Positions 11,434-24,607 of a stretch of 64,000 bases of DNA are shown here, in pieces. Numbering within the stretch: position 1 is the stretch's first letter; every line of letters starts with the position of its first letter. Made by a program: the position numbers and the translations under genes. The stretch is from Mobula hypostoma (Eukaryota). The DNA lies in NCBI RefSeq assembly GCF_963921235.1, contig NC_086108.1, positions 82,088,001 through 82,152,000 of the forward strand, in the 5' to 3' direction. The notes below the pieces were generated by a model, which did not search any database, was not told where the DNA came from, and saw only the letters and a program-made list of their open reading frames with translations.

Positions 11434-12539
11434 GATGAGTCATATTTTGTGATTTCTTTATTCTCTGATTCCACTCTCATTTTCCGATGATGGTGTAAAA
11501 ATGTCAGCTGAACAAATGTATGATGAAGAAGCTCCATAGACACAGCTGAAAATCAGGGCAGCTCACCTTTTGTGAAAACCACAGATGCTGGAAGTCCAAA
11601 CTAAAAGCAGAAAGTGCTGGAAATACTTATTCGATCAAACTGCATCTGTGAAGTACTTCCAGCATTTTAATCATGGCTTGTATTAAGAATGCAGAGTTAT
11701 ACATTTCCCAGCCCATAGTTCTTTAAATGATTATTATTGCTGTTAATTATGCAGGAAGGTTTGTTTTGTGTATTTTGTAAGTGCTCCTTCTGTTATAGCA
11801 AACACCAGGGGTATTGGAACACTTAACGTGTTTGTCCTTGTTCTGCTCTTCTTGACCCTTGGCATGTATTAACTTATTCATTTCCAGACCGTCATTTTTA
11901 TTCATTCAAACCAGATGATTAAGGGTTGCTGGTGCGTTACAGGGTCAACAAAGCTGTTAAGAAAACATAGTTAAGTTAATCATAGATTTTGTCTTTTAAT
12001 TCAGACATGTAAGGGCTGAGTTCAGGTTTAACTAAGCCGAGCACATAACTTGGAAGAAGATTGTTTCAATTTGCTTTGGCTAGTGTTTTCCTCATAAACA
12101 TGGTAGCTGTTCTAAACTATTTTAGTTTATGTATTGCCTGGTTATGTGAATGTGGTCAAATTCTTTTTCACTTTATGAAATTACTTTTGCATCAAAATAT
12201 TGTAGTTATTTATAATTATTATATCTTCCCAACTGGTTAAAAGTAAGCTACTGTGGCTGCAGTTTCTGTAGGCAACAAAATAGCATGTAGCAATTCTACA
12301 ATTTCCCTTCTAGTCAGTGATGTGGGATGAGTGATGAAATGGTTCAGGTACTGGCATCCTCAAATAGCTATGGTACCTCACAACTTTTACTTACCTGATT
12401 TCAATGGGATAAAAATCTAATCCCTAGAATGTGCAGAGATCCATTCTGCTGGAATATTGCCCAGATCCTGATTCTAGAAACCGACTCCTGTTGTACACAG
12501 AAATGCTGTGATAAGTAATATTGTATCTCAGATCAATGA

Positions 12540-13010
12540 GCAATATTTGAGATCAACCAAGTAGTGGTGAAGCTGCACCAGAGCTGAGTACTGTCTACAC
12601 TCTTGTACGATTTAGAATACTGATGCCTGACAGAGAGTGAACTTACCAAGTTGTCATCATTCCACACCATGAATCTCCAGAAGATCCTTCATATATTCTG
12701 GCCAAGAAAGATCTTCAACCACAGCCTACTCCTTCAGTGTCACCAAGAGGACATGGCCACAATGATCATGAGGAAACATTGGAGATGGATTGGACACGCG
12801 ATGAGACGAGAGGCCAACTCTATCATCAAGACAGCACTTCATTTGGACCCCTGAAGGGCAGAGGAAACGCTGGAGCCCAAAGGGAACTTGGCACTGTACT
12901 GTGGAGGCAGAACTGAGGACCCTGAACCACACCTGGGGCACAATCGAAAAGATAGCCAAGGACAGACAGAGATAGAGCCCTAAGCACCAGAGGCATAACA
13001 GGCAGTAAAT
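12540..13010 (+). mobile_element. RTE-clade LINE 3' fragment
   Basis: LQKILHIFWP...KHWRWIGHAMRREANSIIKTAL is typical of the RTE ORF C-terminus. Confidence 0.7.
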
Positions 13011-13439
13011 ATTTTTTTTCAATCTCAGTTTAAACGTGGGATTATATATCCCTTCCTATCATGATGTATTGTGTTGTCAAATTATCACACAAAGATAAAA
13101 GGAAATTTATTACACAAGCATGTATGCTAAAAATCAGTTATGGGACATGAGTTATGGTGCTAATCTTTATCTTTAGGTCTAAATCAGTTTATTAATCTCT
13201 GGGAAAAATGCAAATTAATTCTCAAGAAAATTTGTACAATTATTCACACCATTAGGTTTAGAGTTAAATGGATTTAAGAGGAATGGAAAATTCCATGCAA
13301 GGTACAGAGACAAATAAATAAGAGTCATAATATGGGTAAAAATTCAGAATGCTATTGGTGAGGATTTCGACAGTAAGAAGTAGCAAACCATAATAAGGGA
13401 ATGGATGTCTGCATCTATACTATAGATTAAAGAGAAAAA

Positions 13440-13940
13440 GGCTTATTTTGAAGGTGCCAGCTTTGAGAAGGTAGTGGACAGGATTCAGAGGAGGTTCATG
13501 AGAATGATTCTGGGATGAGGAGGATCTGATGGCTCTGGGCCTGTACTCGCTGGAGTTTAGAAGAATGGGGGGTATCTCATTGAAACATAAACAAATGTTG
13601 AAAGGTCCAGACAGTGTGGATGTGGAGAGGATGTTTCCTATAGTAGGGGGGTCTAGAACCTGAGAACACAGCCTCAGAATAGAGGGATGTCCATTTAGAA
13701 CAGAGATGAGAAGGAACTTCTTTAGCCAGAGGGTGGTGAATCTGTGGAATTTGTTGCCACAGGCAGCTGTGGCGATCAGGTCACTGGGCATATTTAAGCA
13801 GTGGTTGGTTGATAGTTTCTTGATTAGTCAGGGTGTGAAAGGTTACGGGGGAAGGCAGGAGAATGGGTTTGAGAGAGAAAATGAATCAGCCATGATGAAA
13901 TGACAGAGCAGACAGAATCTCTTCTGGTCTTCTAGTCTTA
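13440..13940 (+). mobile_element. CR1 3' fragment
   Basis: RRNFFSQRVVNLWNLLP; homologous to 2800-3290. Confidence 0.85.
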
Positions 13941-13988
13941 TAAGGATCTTCTGATGGTGATCCCCTCTGAACTTCTCTGTGCTATTAC

Positions 13989-16900
13989 CAGGGACGGTGC
14001 TGAGGTGGTGCTAGCTGGTGCTATATCCCCAGCAGTAATTACAATAGCACCACCAAGAAATTAACTGAAATTTCACATACAAATTGCAGCTGCTTTGCTT
14101 TCTCTGTATAGTTTTGAATACAGCTTGCTTCTCCAGTTGATCTAGTGAAACAGCACCCCCAGTTACCATAGCACCCACGCAGCAATAAAGTTATAAGCTC
14201 TGTCTCTGTGCTGGTCTCAGGTCATATCCACTCTACACTTCCGCTTATTCCTTCATTGTCAATGTGTTGCCGTTGCTGTCCTAAGATCAGTTAAGCTGAT
14301 CTAAGATCACTTAAGGTGGTGATGTCACTCACTCTCACTCACGCGAGAGATTGTTAGTATACATTCAGGCGCAGGTCCATGGTCTCATCAGACTAACGGA
14401 TGCCACACACACACACATTGTGCTTTTACAAGCAAGCGTGGGCCTGGCACATGCATTATTTTGGCCGGCGTGAAAAATGGATCGATTTTTAGTCAGAAAA
14501 CAACCCCATCCAGAGGAATCAGTGGTGTCTCAGCCTGAGCCTGTCTTAATTGAAAGTGACATGCAGAAAGAAGTAAGTGGGGATGAGGACGACAGCAGTT
14601 CATCGAAGGAGTGTGAGGGCGAAGTAGAGGAACAAGAAATGGAGCGGGATTTGGAAGATAAAGGACATGTAAAGATTGTCCAAGAAAATCGTGAGTATAT
14701 GAGAGCAGTGGTTGAGTCTCTACGCTATACTGCGTGCCAAGGCATTGCCCAGTGAGGACACTGGAAGGATGATGGATCTGGCAATAGGGGAAACTTTGTT
14801 GAGTTGCTCAGTGTAATTGGGAAGTTTGATAAGACTATAGCTAAAAAAATAGCAGACAATCCTGGAAATGCAAAAAACATACATCACGATATCCAAAATG
14901 AAATTATGGGTATTATGGCAGATATGGTCAGACGTCAAATAAGTGCAGAAATCAAGGAGGCTGGACATTTTGCCATCATGGTGGATGAAAGTAAAGACGA
15001 GTAAAAAGGAGCAAATATCAGTGGTGGTGGGGAGAGTTGCTTCTTAAAAGCATTGAACAGACACTCGCCCAATGTGTTATTGATAAGAAAGCGTGTACAG
15101 GTTATGATGAGGCAGCGGTGATGTCTGGGTGCAATAACGGGGTACAAGAGAGGTTCAGGAAAGAGGTCCCGCAGGCATTATATATACACTACCATGCTCA
15201 CAGACTTAACCTTGTTTTAGTGGATGTTGTGAGCAACGTACAAGCAGGTGGACAGCCCGTGGAGTTGAAGAAATTGTCAGATACATGCTGGGCATGGCAG
15301 TATACAGCTTTGTGGGCTATAAGGAAATCACTCCCTGCCATTCTAGCTACACTACAGGATATTATGGGTCAACCAAATGCACAGAGGAAAATGGAGGCCA
15401 GAGCTGTCAATGGACTGATTGTCGAGCAGTTTGCTTTACTTCTCACTCTGTTTGAGGATTTATTCCGAGTCACCAAGTTCATGTCAGACCGGCTACAATC
15501 TCCCAGTTTGGAGCTTTCATCCGCTGTGGACTTGGCTCAGTCTGTTATCGATGCACTCTCAGCACAACATGGAGAGGAATCATGGAGTGAAATTCAGGTA
15601 AGAGCTAGGGACCTGTGCGTCAAGGCCGGTATACAGAGCAGACCACATAAAAGGAGGCAGGCCCAGCCACCCCGCCATCTACATGATTTTGTTTTTGAGG
15701 CCCAAACTGAACGCACTATGGTCACATCCTCTGATGACCTTCGCAACCACTGTTTCTATCCGGTTAAAGACAGACTTCTGACTGAAATGAAAATTCGGTT
15801 CTCATTTGAGACTGGGGGTGTTCTGACTGGAGTCTCAGCATTGAGTCCCAAACACAAGCTCTTCCTAGACAAGAATTGTCTTTGGCTAATGACCCAATAC
15901 TATGGAGTGACTGAAGAGAACCTGACTGCAGAGCTACATTAGGTTCGGCGTCTGCTGGAAACAAAACAAAAGCAAGGACAGACGGTGAATGACACAGTGG
16001 AATTTCTAGCTCTAATGAGACCCTACCGCGATGCACTTATAGATTTATACAAACTAATCTGCATATCATTGACTCTGCCTGTGACATCTGCCTCATGCGA
16101 ACCGAGTTTCTCTTGCCTCAGACACCTCAACAACTACCTAAGGAATAGCAGTGGCGATTCTCGGAACAGCAATTTGGCCCTGTGGGCCATAAAACAGCCA
16201 GAGGACCAACGCACTTGACATCCAGAAAATCATTGATGCTTTCGCCACCAATCACAACAACAGACGGATTGTGCTTCTCTGAAAACATCAATGGTGAGTG
16301 CAGTTGATTTAAAAATTTGGGCCAAGATTAATGCTGATTATTATTATTATTTTGTGGTGGATACCCCATAGTCCTTATGTTTCCTGCAAATCCTAAAATA
16401 TTTCATTTACTGCTATTAATCCTACTGGTTTTGCTTAGACTCCCAAGCGGTGATTCTGTTGATTTTTGTTTTAAATTCAATAGTCGAATTAATTGAGGTG
16501 TTGCATGGTCAGAGAACGATTTGTCCAACTCCTGGTAAAGCCTTGCATCTGTTGTTTGCCTTATTTGACTTTAATAATGGTGTATCTTTTGGCATTATCT
16601 GTATATGTAATGTGAATAGCAGTGGACATTGTGGGTTAGCGTTGTGTTTTTCAGTTGAAAAGCACACATTTGATGCTGATTGTGGGATTGGTGCGTGATT
16701 CACGTTGTGCGCTGTGGGTCGGATGCTCTGTTGGTTTGTTTGTTTATGCTCTGTGCAGCCCGGGTTGTCTCCGATGCTGTTGACACTGTCACAGTTCACT
16801 TCTATATTAGATCTATCAATTGCTGTTGCTTGTGAATCAACAAAGGCGTTTATACTAGACACATAATGCTTGAAACTGACTTTTGAATGCCACGCATCTG

Positions 16901-17004
16901 GCCTTGAGAATACATATTACCATGCAGCAATCCCTCAGCACCATCACTGAATAATTCAGCCCCACTGTAGCACCACCAAGAAAAAATCTCTGGTGCTGCC
17001 AGTG
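13989..17004 (+). mobile_element. hAT DNA transposon (Tip100/ZMYM1-like transposase), both ends present, transposase pseudogenised
   Basis: Perfect 8-bp TSD GCTATTAC at 13981-13988 and 17005-17012. Degenerate TIRs CAGGGACGGTGC / GTGCTGCCAGTG. Subterminal (T)AGCACC repeats at both ends. Confidence 0.92.
14477..16281 (+). pseudogene. hAT transposase pseudogene (DUF4371 region, catalytic core, hATC dimerisation domain)
   Basis: GNF.ELL, FAIMVDESKD, GYDEAAVMSG, YIHYHAHRLNL, LSDTCW and LPVTSASCEPSFS motifs, broken by stops and deletions. Confidence 0.88.
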
Positions 17005-18678
17005 GCTATTACTGTCATAGTGTAACAATCCTGCAAGCAAACAGACACAATCCAGACTACTGTTATCTACTGCGTTCATGTTTGTGCCAGAACTCCATGG
17101 CGCCCAGTAATGATATCAGAGAAGGAAAATCTGTTTTGGTTCTGCCAGATCCTCAGGTTTCAGAAGAAGTGTGTGGGGGGCGGGGTATGGTGATGGGATT
17201 GTGAAGGATTTATGATATAAACCACACTATCTTAGCAATGCTGTAAGGAGATGGGAACAGGCCCTTCGGCCAGCTTGTCCATTCCCACCAAAATGGCATC
17301 TAAACTCGTCCCATAGCTTGTGCTATCAGAAGAGGAACTTGCACTAAAATTATATCTGCCCTGGTGAGATGATATCAGCTGTGGAATTGTGGGCTTCAAC
17401 AGAACAGTACGCAGCATTTGCTAGGTACATTCTCTATCACACCTTCTTTTCTTTCGAGTTCATCTCAAAACATGACCCCTGCAATCTTGCATTTCTAGTA
17501 ACGGGAATTAAGAATGAAAAGCCATTGAATAACGTCTGGACAAGCAAACATCAGCATAAAAACTTCGAAATTAATACCACCAATAGAGATAAAACCCCAG
17601 TTTCCTAGGAAGTCCTTAAAATCTATCCCAGCAGAAGGATTACTTGCAGCCCATTGTTATGTCTTGTTGTTCTCAGAGCATTTCTACATTACAATTTATG
17701 GTGAAATCTATGACTTAACATAATTTCAGGAGGCAGACATTGTGTTGTGAAACGTGTTTCATCGACAGAATGTTTTGACCAACATAGATCCCTATACAGT
17801 TTTGCTATATTATAAGGCATATATCATATCCAATTCCTTTTCTTAAAGTAAAAAAAAATCACTCCTTCAGTCACAGAGGAAACCTAAACAAGATACAGGA
17901 GAGTGGACTCATGTAAATGATTTACTCTGATACCTCCTGTTACAGATTACTATTTATTTGTCACATTATACAAGATATGGAAAATACGAAATGCTAAGTA
18001 TTTGAGACATAGTCTGCAGAATCAATTTACTTTATTTAAGACCCCTGCTAAACCTTTCATTAGTTGGAGGGGCAGAAGACTCAGTAAAGCCCTCCATTAT
18101 ATATCTGAAGCACTGGGACAGATTTGTTGGGGTAATTCTAACCCTGCCCTAGAAATCTAATCCATTACAATGCAGTAAAGCTTCCTGAGATTTAGCTCAA
18201 GATCTTCCCTTCAGATATTTGGAAATTCACAAAGGTAAAAAAAAAGCTCAGGCGATTTCCGACAGCTGAAGAATTGCTTTAAGTTGTTCACTGAATTACA
18301 GCTTCTTTCCAGGTCCCAAATGAGCAAGTGGGCATCCAACGGTATGGATTTGCTGACTGCTACAGGGTTGCAGGCATCTTCTCCTGTGTGGCAACTGGGT
18401 TCATGGCAATAACATTGCATTTTGCAGAGAGATCTGAATGGTTGAGTTAAATGGTCTAACTACATGCTGCCTTTGGTTGGACTATATTTTTATTTAAATA
18501 TACTGCTAGGTGGCCACAATCAGGGCCTGACACCTTGCAAGGCTTCACCCTCTTGAAGGATTTTCTGACATTGATCACTTACTCCAATCATGTGACCAGA
18601 AGATTTGCTCTAATCTATTGAGATTGCAAAATAAATGCAGATATATAATGCCTTTCATGAAGCTCCATACTGCCAATG

Positions 18679-19803
18679 CACTCAGTGGCCAGTTTATTAG
18701 GTACACCTGCTTGCTAGTTATTAGATATACCTATACAACTGCAAATATCTATTCAGCCAATCATGTGGCAACAACTCAATGCATAAAAGCATGCAGGCAT
18801 GGTCAAGAGGTTCAGTTGGTTGTTGAGACCAAATATCAAAATGGGCAAGAAATGCAAGCTAAATGTCCTTGACCTTGGAATAATTGCTTGTACCAGACAG
18901 GGTGGTTTGAATATCTCAGAAATTGCTGATCTCCTGGGATTTTCACACACTACAGTCCATAAAGTTTACAAAGAATGGTGTAAGAAACAAAACACATCCA
19001 GTATATGGTAGTTCTGTGGGCAAAAAAAACCTTGTTAATGAGAGAGGTCAGAGGAGAATGATCAGACTGTTTTAAGCTGACAGGAAGGCATCAGTAACTC
19101 CAATAACCACACATTACAACAGTGGTTCCTTAAATTTGTCATGGTTGGATTGGTAGTGGGGATAAACTCCCACTACCTATTAAATGCTCCCAAAGGTGTG
19201 TGTCTCCATTAGCTCTAACAACCAAGTCCAGCTCCTGGCCTTCACATGTGGCTTAGCTAGTAAACTTGGTGGAACCATTCCTAGGTTACTGGTGTCTTAA
19301 AACAGTTGTTTCAGGCAGATGGGCTCATCTGCCGTGGTTGGCAGCTCATCTAGGAGAAGGAAAACTCTCATCTCAAACCTCCGCTGCTTTGTGGCTATAT
19401 CCACTCATGGGGAAGGCTTTGGGAGTAAACCTCAAGGAAAAATCCAGAGCTGGAGTCTCTAAGGCTGGCCTACTTTGAGTTCAAAGTTGACTGGCAACTC
19501 CTGTGACACCGCTGGTGCCAAACTGTATTGGTCTCTGCTGTTCCTTTGGATTCATCAGCCGCATGGAGTGAGGGAGTCTACTGCATGGGCAACAGCTTGC
19601 TCTCCATATCGTACTGCCTTGGCTTGCATACTAGCTTGTATATCACGTAGACAGCTTGGACACCACATTCATGGTCAACTCTGATCAATAGAGGGCTTAC
19701 TACAACAGTCATGTGCAGAACAGTATCTCTGGGTGCACAACATGTTGAGCCTTGAAGAGGATGGGCTACAGCAGCAGAAGACCATGAACATACACTCAAT
19801 GTA
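18679..19803 (+). mobile_element. Tc1-like non-autonomous remnant, split by an insertion at ~19127-19700
   Basis: CACTCAGTGGCCAGTTTATTAGGTACACC terminus and paired-type DNA-binding fragment MGKKCKL...GLNISEIADLLGFSHTTV. The element resumes after the insertion. Confidence 0.8.
19127..19700 (+). mobile_element. Non-autonomous retroposon (family C, no ORF) with TSD
   Basis: TACAACAGT duplicated at 19115-19123 and 19701-19709. A 5'-truncated homolog is at 59344-59613. Confidence 0.7.
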
Positions 19804-20189
19804 TGTATTTTATGCATAGTTGCTCTTTTGCCATAGGGAATGATGTAGTCATTTTGTGGAGAGCGGAGAGCAATGCCTCACAAATGTAATGCATTAATTG
19901 ATAAAATCATTGCTTTCAGTAGTTGAGGATTACATATTTCTACATGGAGAAATTCCTCATTCATCTTCAATAGATTGTTCACATCCACTTGAAACTGAGT
20001 TCAATTATTCACCTGAAAAATGGGACCTTCAAAGGCACACCATAACTTTGGTACCAAAGCCAGAATAGATCTGTGCACAGCTCTTGAGTTGGGTGTGATC
20101 TCAATCTCCTGACTCACAGGTCAGTGTGGCACTAAAGAAGTACATATCTCAGACTGCATTCCAGAATTACAGACCCTTTGATTATTATA

Positions 20190-22704
20190 CAGTAGTCTGG
20201 ATGTAGGGTGTAAGTTGAATCAAGAGTTAAAATTGGCATGTCGCAAGGGTAATGCTACAGTTGTTATGGGGGATTTCAACATGCAGGTAGACTGGAGGAA
20301 TCAGGTTGGTACTGGACCCCAAGAAAGGGAGTTGTGGAGTTCCTCCGAGATGGATTCTTAGAACTGCTTGTACTGGAGCCTACCAGAGAGAACACAATTC
20401 TAGATTTAGTGTTGTGTAATGAACTGGATTCGATCAGGGACCTCGAGGTAAAGGAGCCATTAGGAGGTATTGACCATAATATGATAAGTTTTAATCTACA
20501 ATTTGAGAGGGCGAAGGGAAACTCGAAAGTGTCAGTATTACAGTTGAACGAAGAGAACTATGGTGCTATGAGGGAGGAGCTGGCCAAGGTTCAATGGAAC
20601 AATACCCTAGCAGGGATGACAGTGGAACAGCAATGGCAAGTGTTTCTGGGAATAATGCGGAAGGTGCAGGATCAGTTCATTCCAAAGAGGAAGAAAGATC
20701 CTAAGGGGAGTAAGGGGAGGCCGTGGCTGACAAGGGAAGTAATGGACAGTATAAAAATAAAAGAGAAGAAGTATAACATAGCAAAGACGAGTGGGAAGCT
20801 GGAGGTTTGGGAAACTTTTAAAGAGAAACAGAAGGTAACTAAAAAGGCAATATGCGGAGAAAAAATGAGGTACGAAGGTAAACTAGCCAAGAATATAAAG
20901 GAGGATAGTAAAAGCTTCTTTAGGTATGTGAAAAGGAAAAAAATAGTTAAGACCAAAATTGGGCCCTTGAAGACAGAAACGGGTGAATTTATTATGGGGA
21001 ACAAGGAAATGGCAGACGAGTTGAACAGGTACTTTGGATCTGTCTTCACTAGGGAAGACACAAACAATCTCCCAGATATAATAGTGGCCAAAGGACCTAG
21101 GGTAATGGATGAACTGAAGGAAATTTATATTAGGCAGGAAGTGTGTTGGATAGACTGTTGGGTCTGAAGGCTAATAAGTCCCCGGGACCTGATGGTCTGC
21201 ATCCCAGGGTACTTAAGGAGGTGGCTTTAGAAATCGTGGACGCATTGGTAATCATTTTCCAATGTTCTTTAGATTCAGGATCAGTTCCTGTGGATTGGAG
21301 GGTGGCTAATGTTGTCCTTCTCTTCAAGAAGGGAGGAAGAGAGAAAACAGGGAATTATAGACCGGTTAGCCTTTCGTCGGTGGTGGGAAAGATGCTGGAG
21401 TCAATTATAAAAGCAGAAATTACAACACATCTGGATAGCAGTAACAGGATCAGTCCGAGTCAACATGGATTTACAAAGGGGAAGTCGTGCTTGGCTAATC
21501 TTCTAGAATTTTTTGAGGGTATAACTAAGAAAATGGACAAGGGAGAGCCAGTGGATGTAATGTACCTGGACTTTCAGAAAGTCTTGATAAAGTCCCACTT
21601 AGGAGATTAGTGGGCAAGATTAGGGCACATGGTATTGGGGGCAGAGTACTGACATGGATTGAAAATTGGCTGGCTGACAGAAAACAAAGAGTAGCGACTA
21701 ACGGGTCCCTTTTGGAATGGTAGGCGGTTTCCAATGGGGTACCGCAGGGTTCAGTGCTGGGACCACTGCTGTTTACAATATATATTAATGATTTAGATGA
21801 GGGAATTAAAAGTAACATTAGCAAATTTGCTGATGACACAAATATGGGTGGCAGTGTGAAATGTGAGGAGGATGTTATCAGAATGCAGGCAGATACAGTT
21901 TAATGTGGATAAATGTGAGGTTATCCACTTTGGTGGTAAGAACAGGAAGGCAGATTATTATCTAAATGGAATCAAGTTAGGAAAAGGGGAAGTACAATGA
22001 GATCTAGGTGTTCTTGAACATCAGTCACTGAAAGCAAGTATGCAAGTACAGCAGGCAGTGAAGAAAGCTAATGGCATGCCGGCCTTCATAACAAGGGGAA
22101 TTGAGTATGGGAGCAAAGAGGTCCTTCTGCAGCTGTACAGGGCCCTGGTGAGACCACACCTGGAGTATTGTGTGCTGTTTTGGTCTCCAAATTTGTGGAA
22201 GGACATTCTTGCTATTGAGGGAGTGCAGCATAGGTTCACAAGGTTAATTCCCGGGATGGCAGGACTGTCATATGTTGAAAGATTGGAGCGACTGGGCTTG
22301 TATACTCTGGAATTTAGAAGGCTGAGAGGGGATCCTATTGAAACATATAAGATTAAGGGATTGGACACGCTGGAGGCAGGAAGCATGTTCCCACTGATGG
22401 GTGAGTCCAGAACCAGAGGGCACAGTTTAAGAATAAGTGGTGGGCCATTTAGAATGGAGTTGAGGAAAAACTTTTTCACCCAGAGAGTGGTGGATATATG
22501 GAATGCTCTGCCCCAGAAGGCTGTGGAGGCCAAGTCTCTGGATGCTTTCAAGAAAGAGATGGATAAAGATAGCGGAATCAAAGGTTATGGGAATAAGGCA
22601 GGAACTGGGTATTGATTGTAGATGGTCAGCCATGATCACAGTGAATGGCGGTGCTGGCTCGAAGGGCTGAATGGCCTACTTCTGCACCTATTGTCTATTG
22701 TCTA
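20190..22704 (+). mobile_element. CR1 LINE, 5'-truncated, moderately young (endonuclease + RT, frameshifted)
   Basis: Long ORF pieces 20334-21167, 21143-21610 (KSPGPDGLHP, NYRPVSL, YLDFQK) and 22040-22615. [10 protein letters not shown] and KFADDT motifs. (CTATTGT)n tail. Confidence 0.93.
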
Positions 22705-23336
22705 TACAGCAGAACATATACAAACTGTTTGGCCCAATACATGTATGTCAAAAGTAAGCATCATGTAGAAAAGCACCATTCCAAGGAGTCTAATAAATTC
22801 CTTTTGGGCTAATCAAGTACAGTTGGTAAAATACAAGAGAACATTAGAATTAAAATACAAGAGAACATTAAAATTTATTTAAATAAAAAGTTTACAGTGA
22901 TCTGATCAGAATCTCTTATTTTACTTTCATCATCATGCCACCAAGAAATGGAACAACTTATTTTTCACGTTCTAAGAAGAAAGGTTAAAGAGGTATTCCT
23001 ATGAAACATATAACATATAAGGTTCTATGGATAGAATTATATTATCCATTGAAGTTAGGAAAATTTGTAAATTAAATTAAAATTAAATTGGTTCACATTA
23101 CATACTCTTCACAACTAGCTATTAGAACAGCAGAAAGTACATACAGATTTCTGAAAAAGTTAATCTAATTCACTTTACATCAGTTGAATTCCAATACTTA
23201 TGTTCTGACAACATACACATTATACAAGAACCCCAAGCCACATTGGTGTTGGCAATGGTGGTTTCCATTGCTTAACTGAGAAATTGTGAAGAACAACTAT
23301 CCTAACGTGATGTACTGTATCAGCTTTAAAATAAAT

Positions 23337-23636
23337 AGGCATCCGTTAGTCTCGTGAGACCATGGATTTGCGCCTTGGAAGGTTTCCAGGGCGCAGGCCT
23401 GGGCAAGGTTGTATGGAAGACCGGCAGTTGCCCGTGCTGCAAGTCTCCCCTCTCCATGCCACCAATGTTGTCCAAGGGAAGGGCACTAAGGCCGATACAG
23501 CTTGGCACCAGTGTCGTCGCAGATCAATGTGTGGTTAAGTGCCTTGCTCAAGGACACAACACACTGCCTCAGCTGAGGCTCAAACTAGCGAACTTCAGAT
23601 CACTAGCCCAACACCTTAACCACTTGGCCACGTGCC
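23337..23636 (-). mobile_element. tRNA-derived CORE-like SINE (family A), just 3' of the TMEM61 stop
   Basis: Reverse complement of the 3997-4290 element. Confidence 0.85.
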
Positions 23637-23811
23637 AACACTGTCAACACTGTGTTTCAGCTTTACCTGTTTAAAAAAAAGTGAAAGAACCTAGAGTCAT
23701 AAACACCTAACTTAGGAAGTAGAAAAGAATTTCTAACTGAAAAGAACACTCTATTAGAAGTTCAAAATGGTGTATTCATGGTCACTGAAAATGTTGGTCT
23801 TCTGGACATCA

Positions 23812-24133
23812 TTAAACGTGCAAATGGATATTGTTGTAACTGGGTGGAGGGATGCTGTTAGTGGCTGATGTTAGAGAGCCTGGTCTAAGTTCTTCCTTCT
23901 GCAAAGTCTGAATTTGCTCCCTCTGTGAAAGTGTACTGTTAGATGGACTGTGTGTACAGGGTAGAAGTTGAATCTGGCTAGTGTCTGTTAACATTTCATA
24001 TGATGGAGGCAGAGCTGGCTCTTCAGATGCTAGTGGAATCAGAAGGCTGTTAGTTGGCACCATGATCACTGATGTGCAGTTGAGTCCCTCACAATACGGG
24101 CTGTACAAAGGGGCTTGTAGGTTATTAGGATCA
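23812..24133 (-). CDS. TMEM61: TMEM61 last coding exon
   Basis: Acceptor TTCTTTTCTAG| at 24134; phase fits the upstream exon (AG+T=Ser). Pro/Ser-rich tail with PPSY and PPPSY motifs, as in the PPPSY of human TMEM61. TAA at 23812-23814. Confidence 0.82.
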
Positions 24134-24232
24134 CTAGAAAAGAAAGAACAATAAATTTTCAAGCCAAAAATTGAAATTTCACTTGAAATACATTAATTAT
24201 ACTAGCATGTGTACAATGCTTAGGAACGCATG

Positions 24233-24607
24233 CAATTCTTCAAAAGACGATGCCTCAAAAAGGCAGCATCTATCATCAAGGAATCCCTCCACCCAAGGCA
24301 TACCTTCTTCTCATTGCTACCTTCAGGGAAGAGGTACAGGAGCCTGAAGGCAAACAGTCAACATTTTAGGAACAGCTTCTTACCTTCTACCATCATATTT
24401 CTTGACCATGAACCAATGAACACTACTTCACTATATTTGCTTTCTTTATTGTACAATTTATTTTACATATATATATATATATAATTTTATTGTAATTTAT
24501 AGTCTATTTTATGTATTAAACTATACTGCTGCCACAAAACAACAAATTTCATGAATAACAAATTTCCCAACATATATCAGTGATAATAAACTTGATTCGG
24601 ATTCTGA
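24233..24607 (+). mobile_element. Rex1/Babar LINE 3' fragment
   Basis: KKAASIIKESLHPRHTFFSLLPSGKRYRSLK...FRNSF; AATAAA followed by a GATTCTGA-type tail. Confidence 0.75.

Noticed and set aside
15037-15942. 301-aa ORF as a domesticated ZMYM/ZBED-like host gene
   Set aside because: It lies within TIRs and a TSD, is flanked by stops and deletions, and its conserved motifs are mutated.
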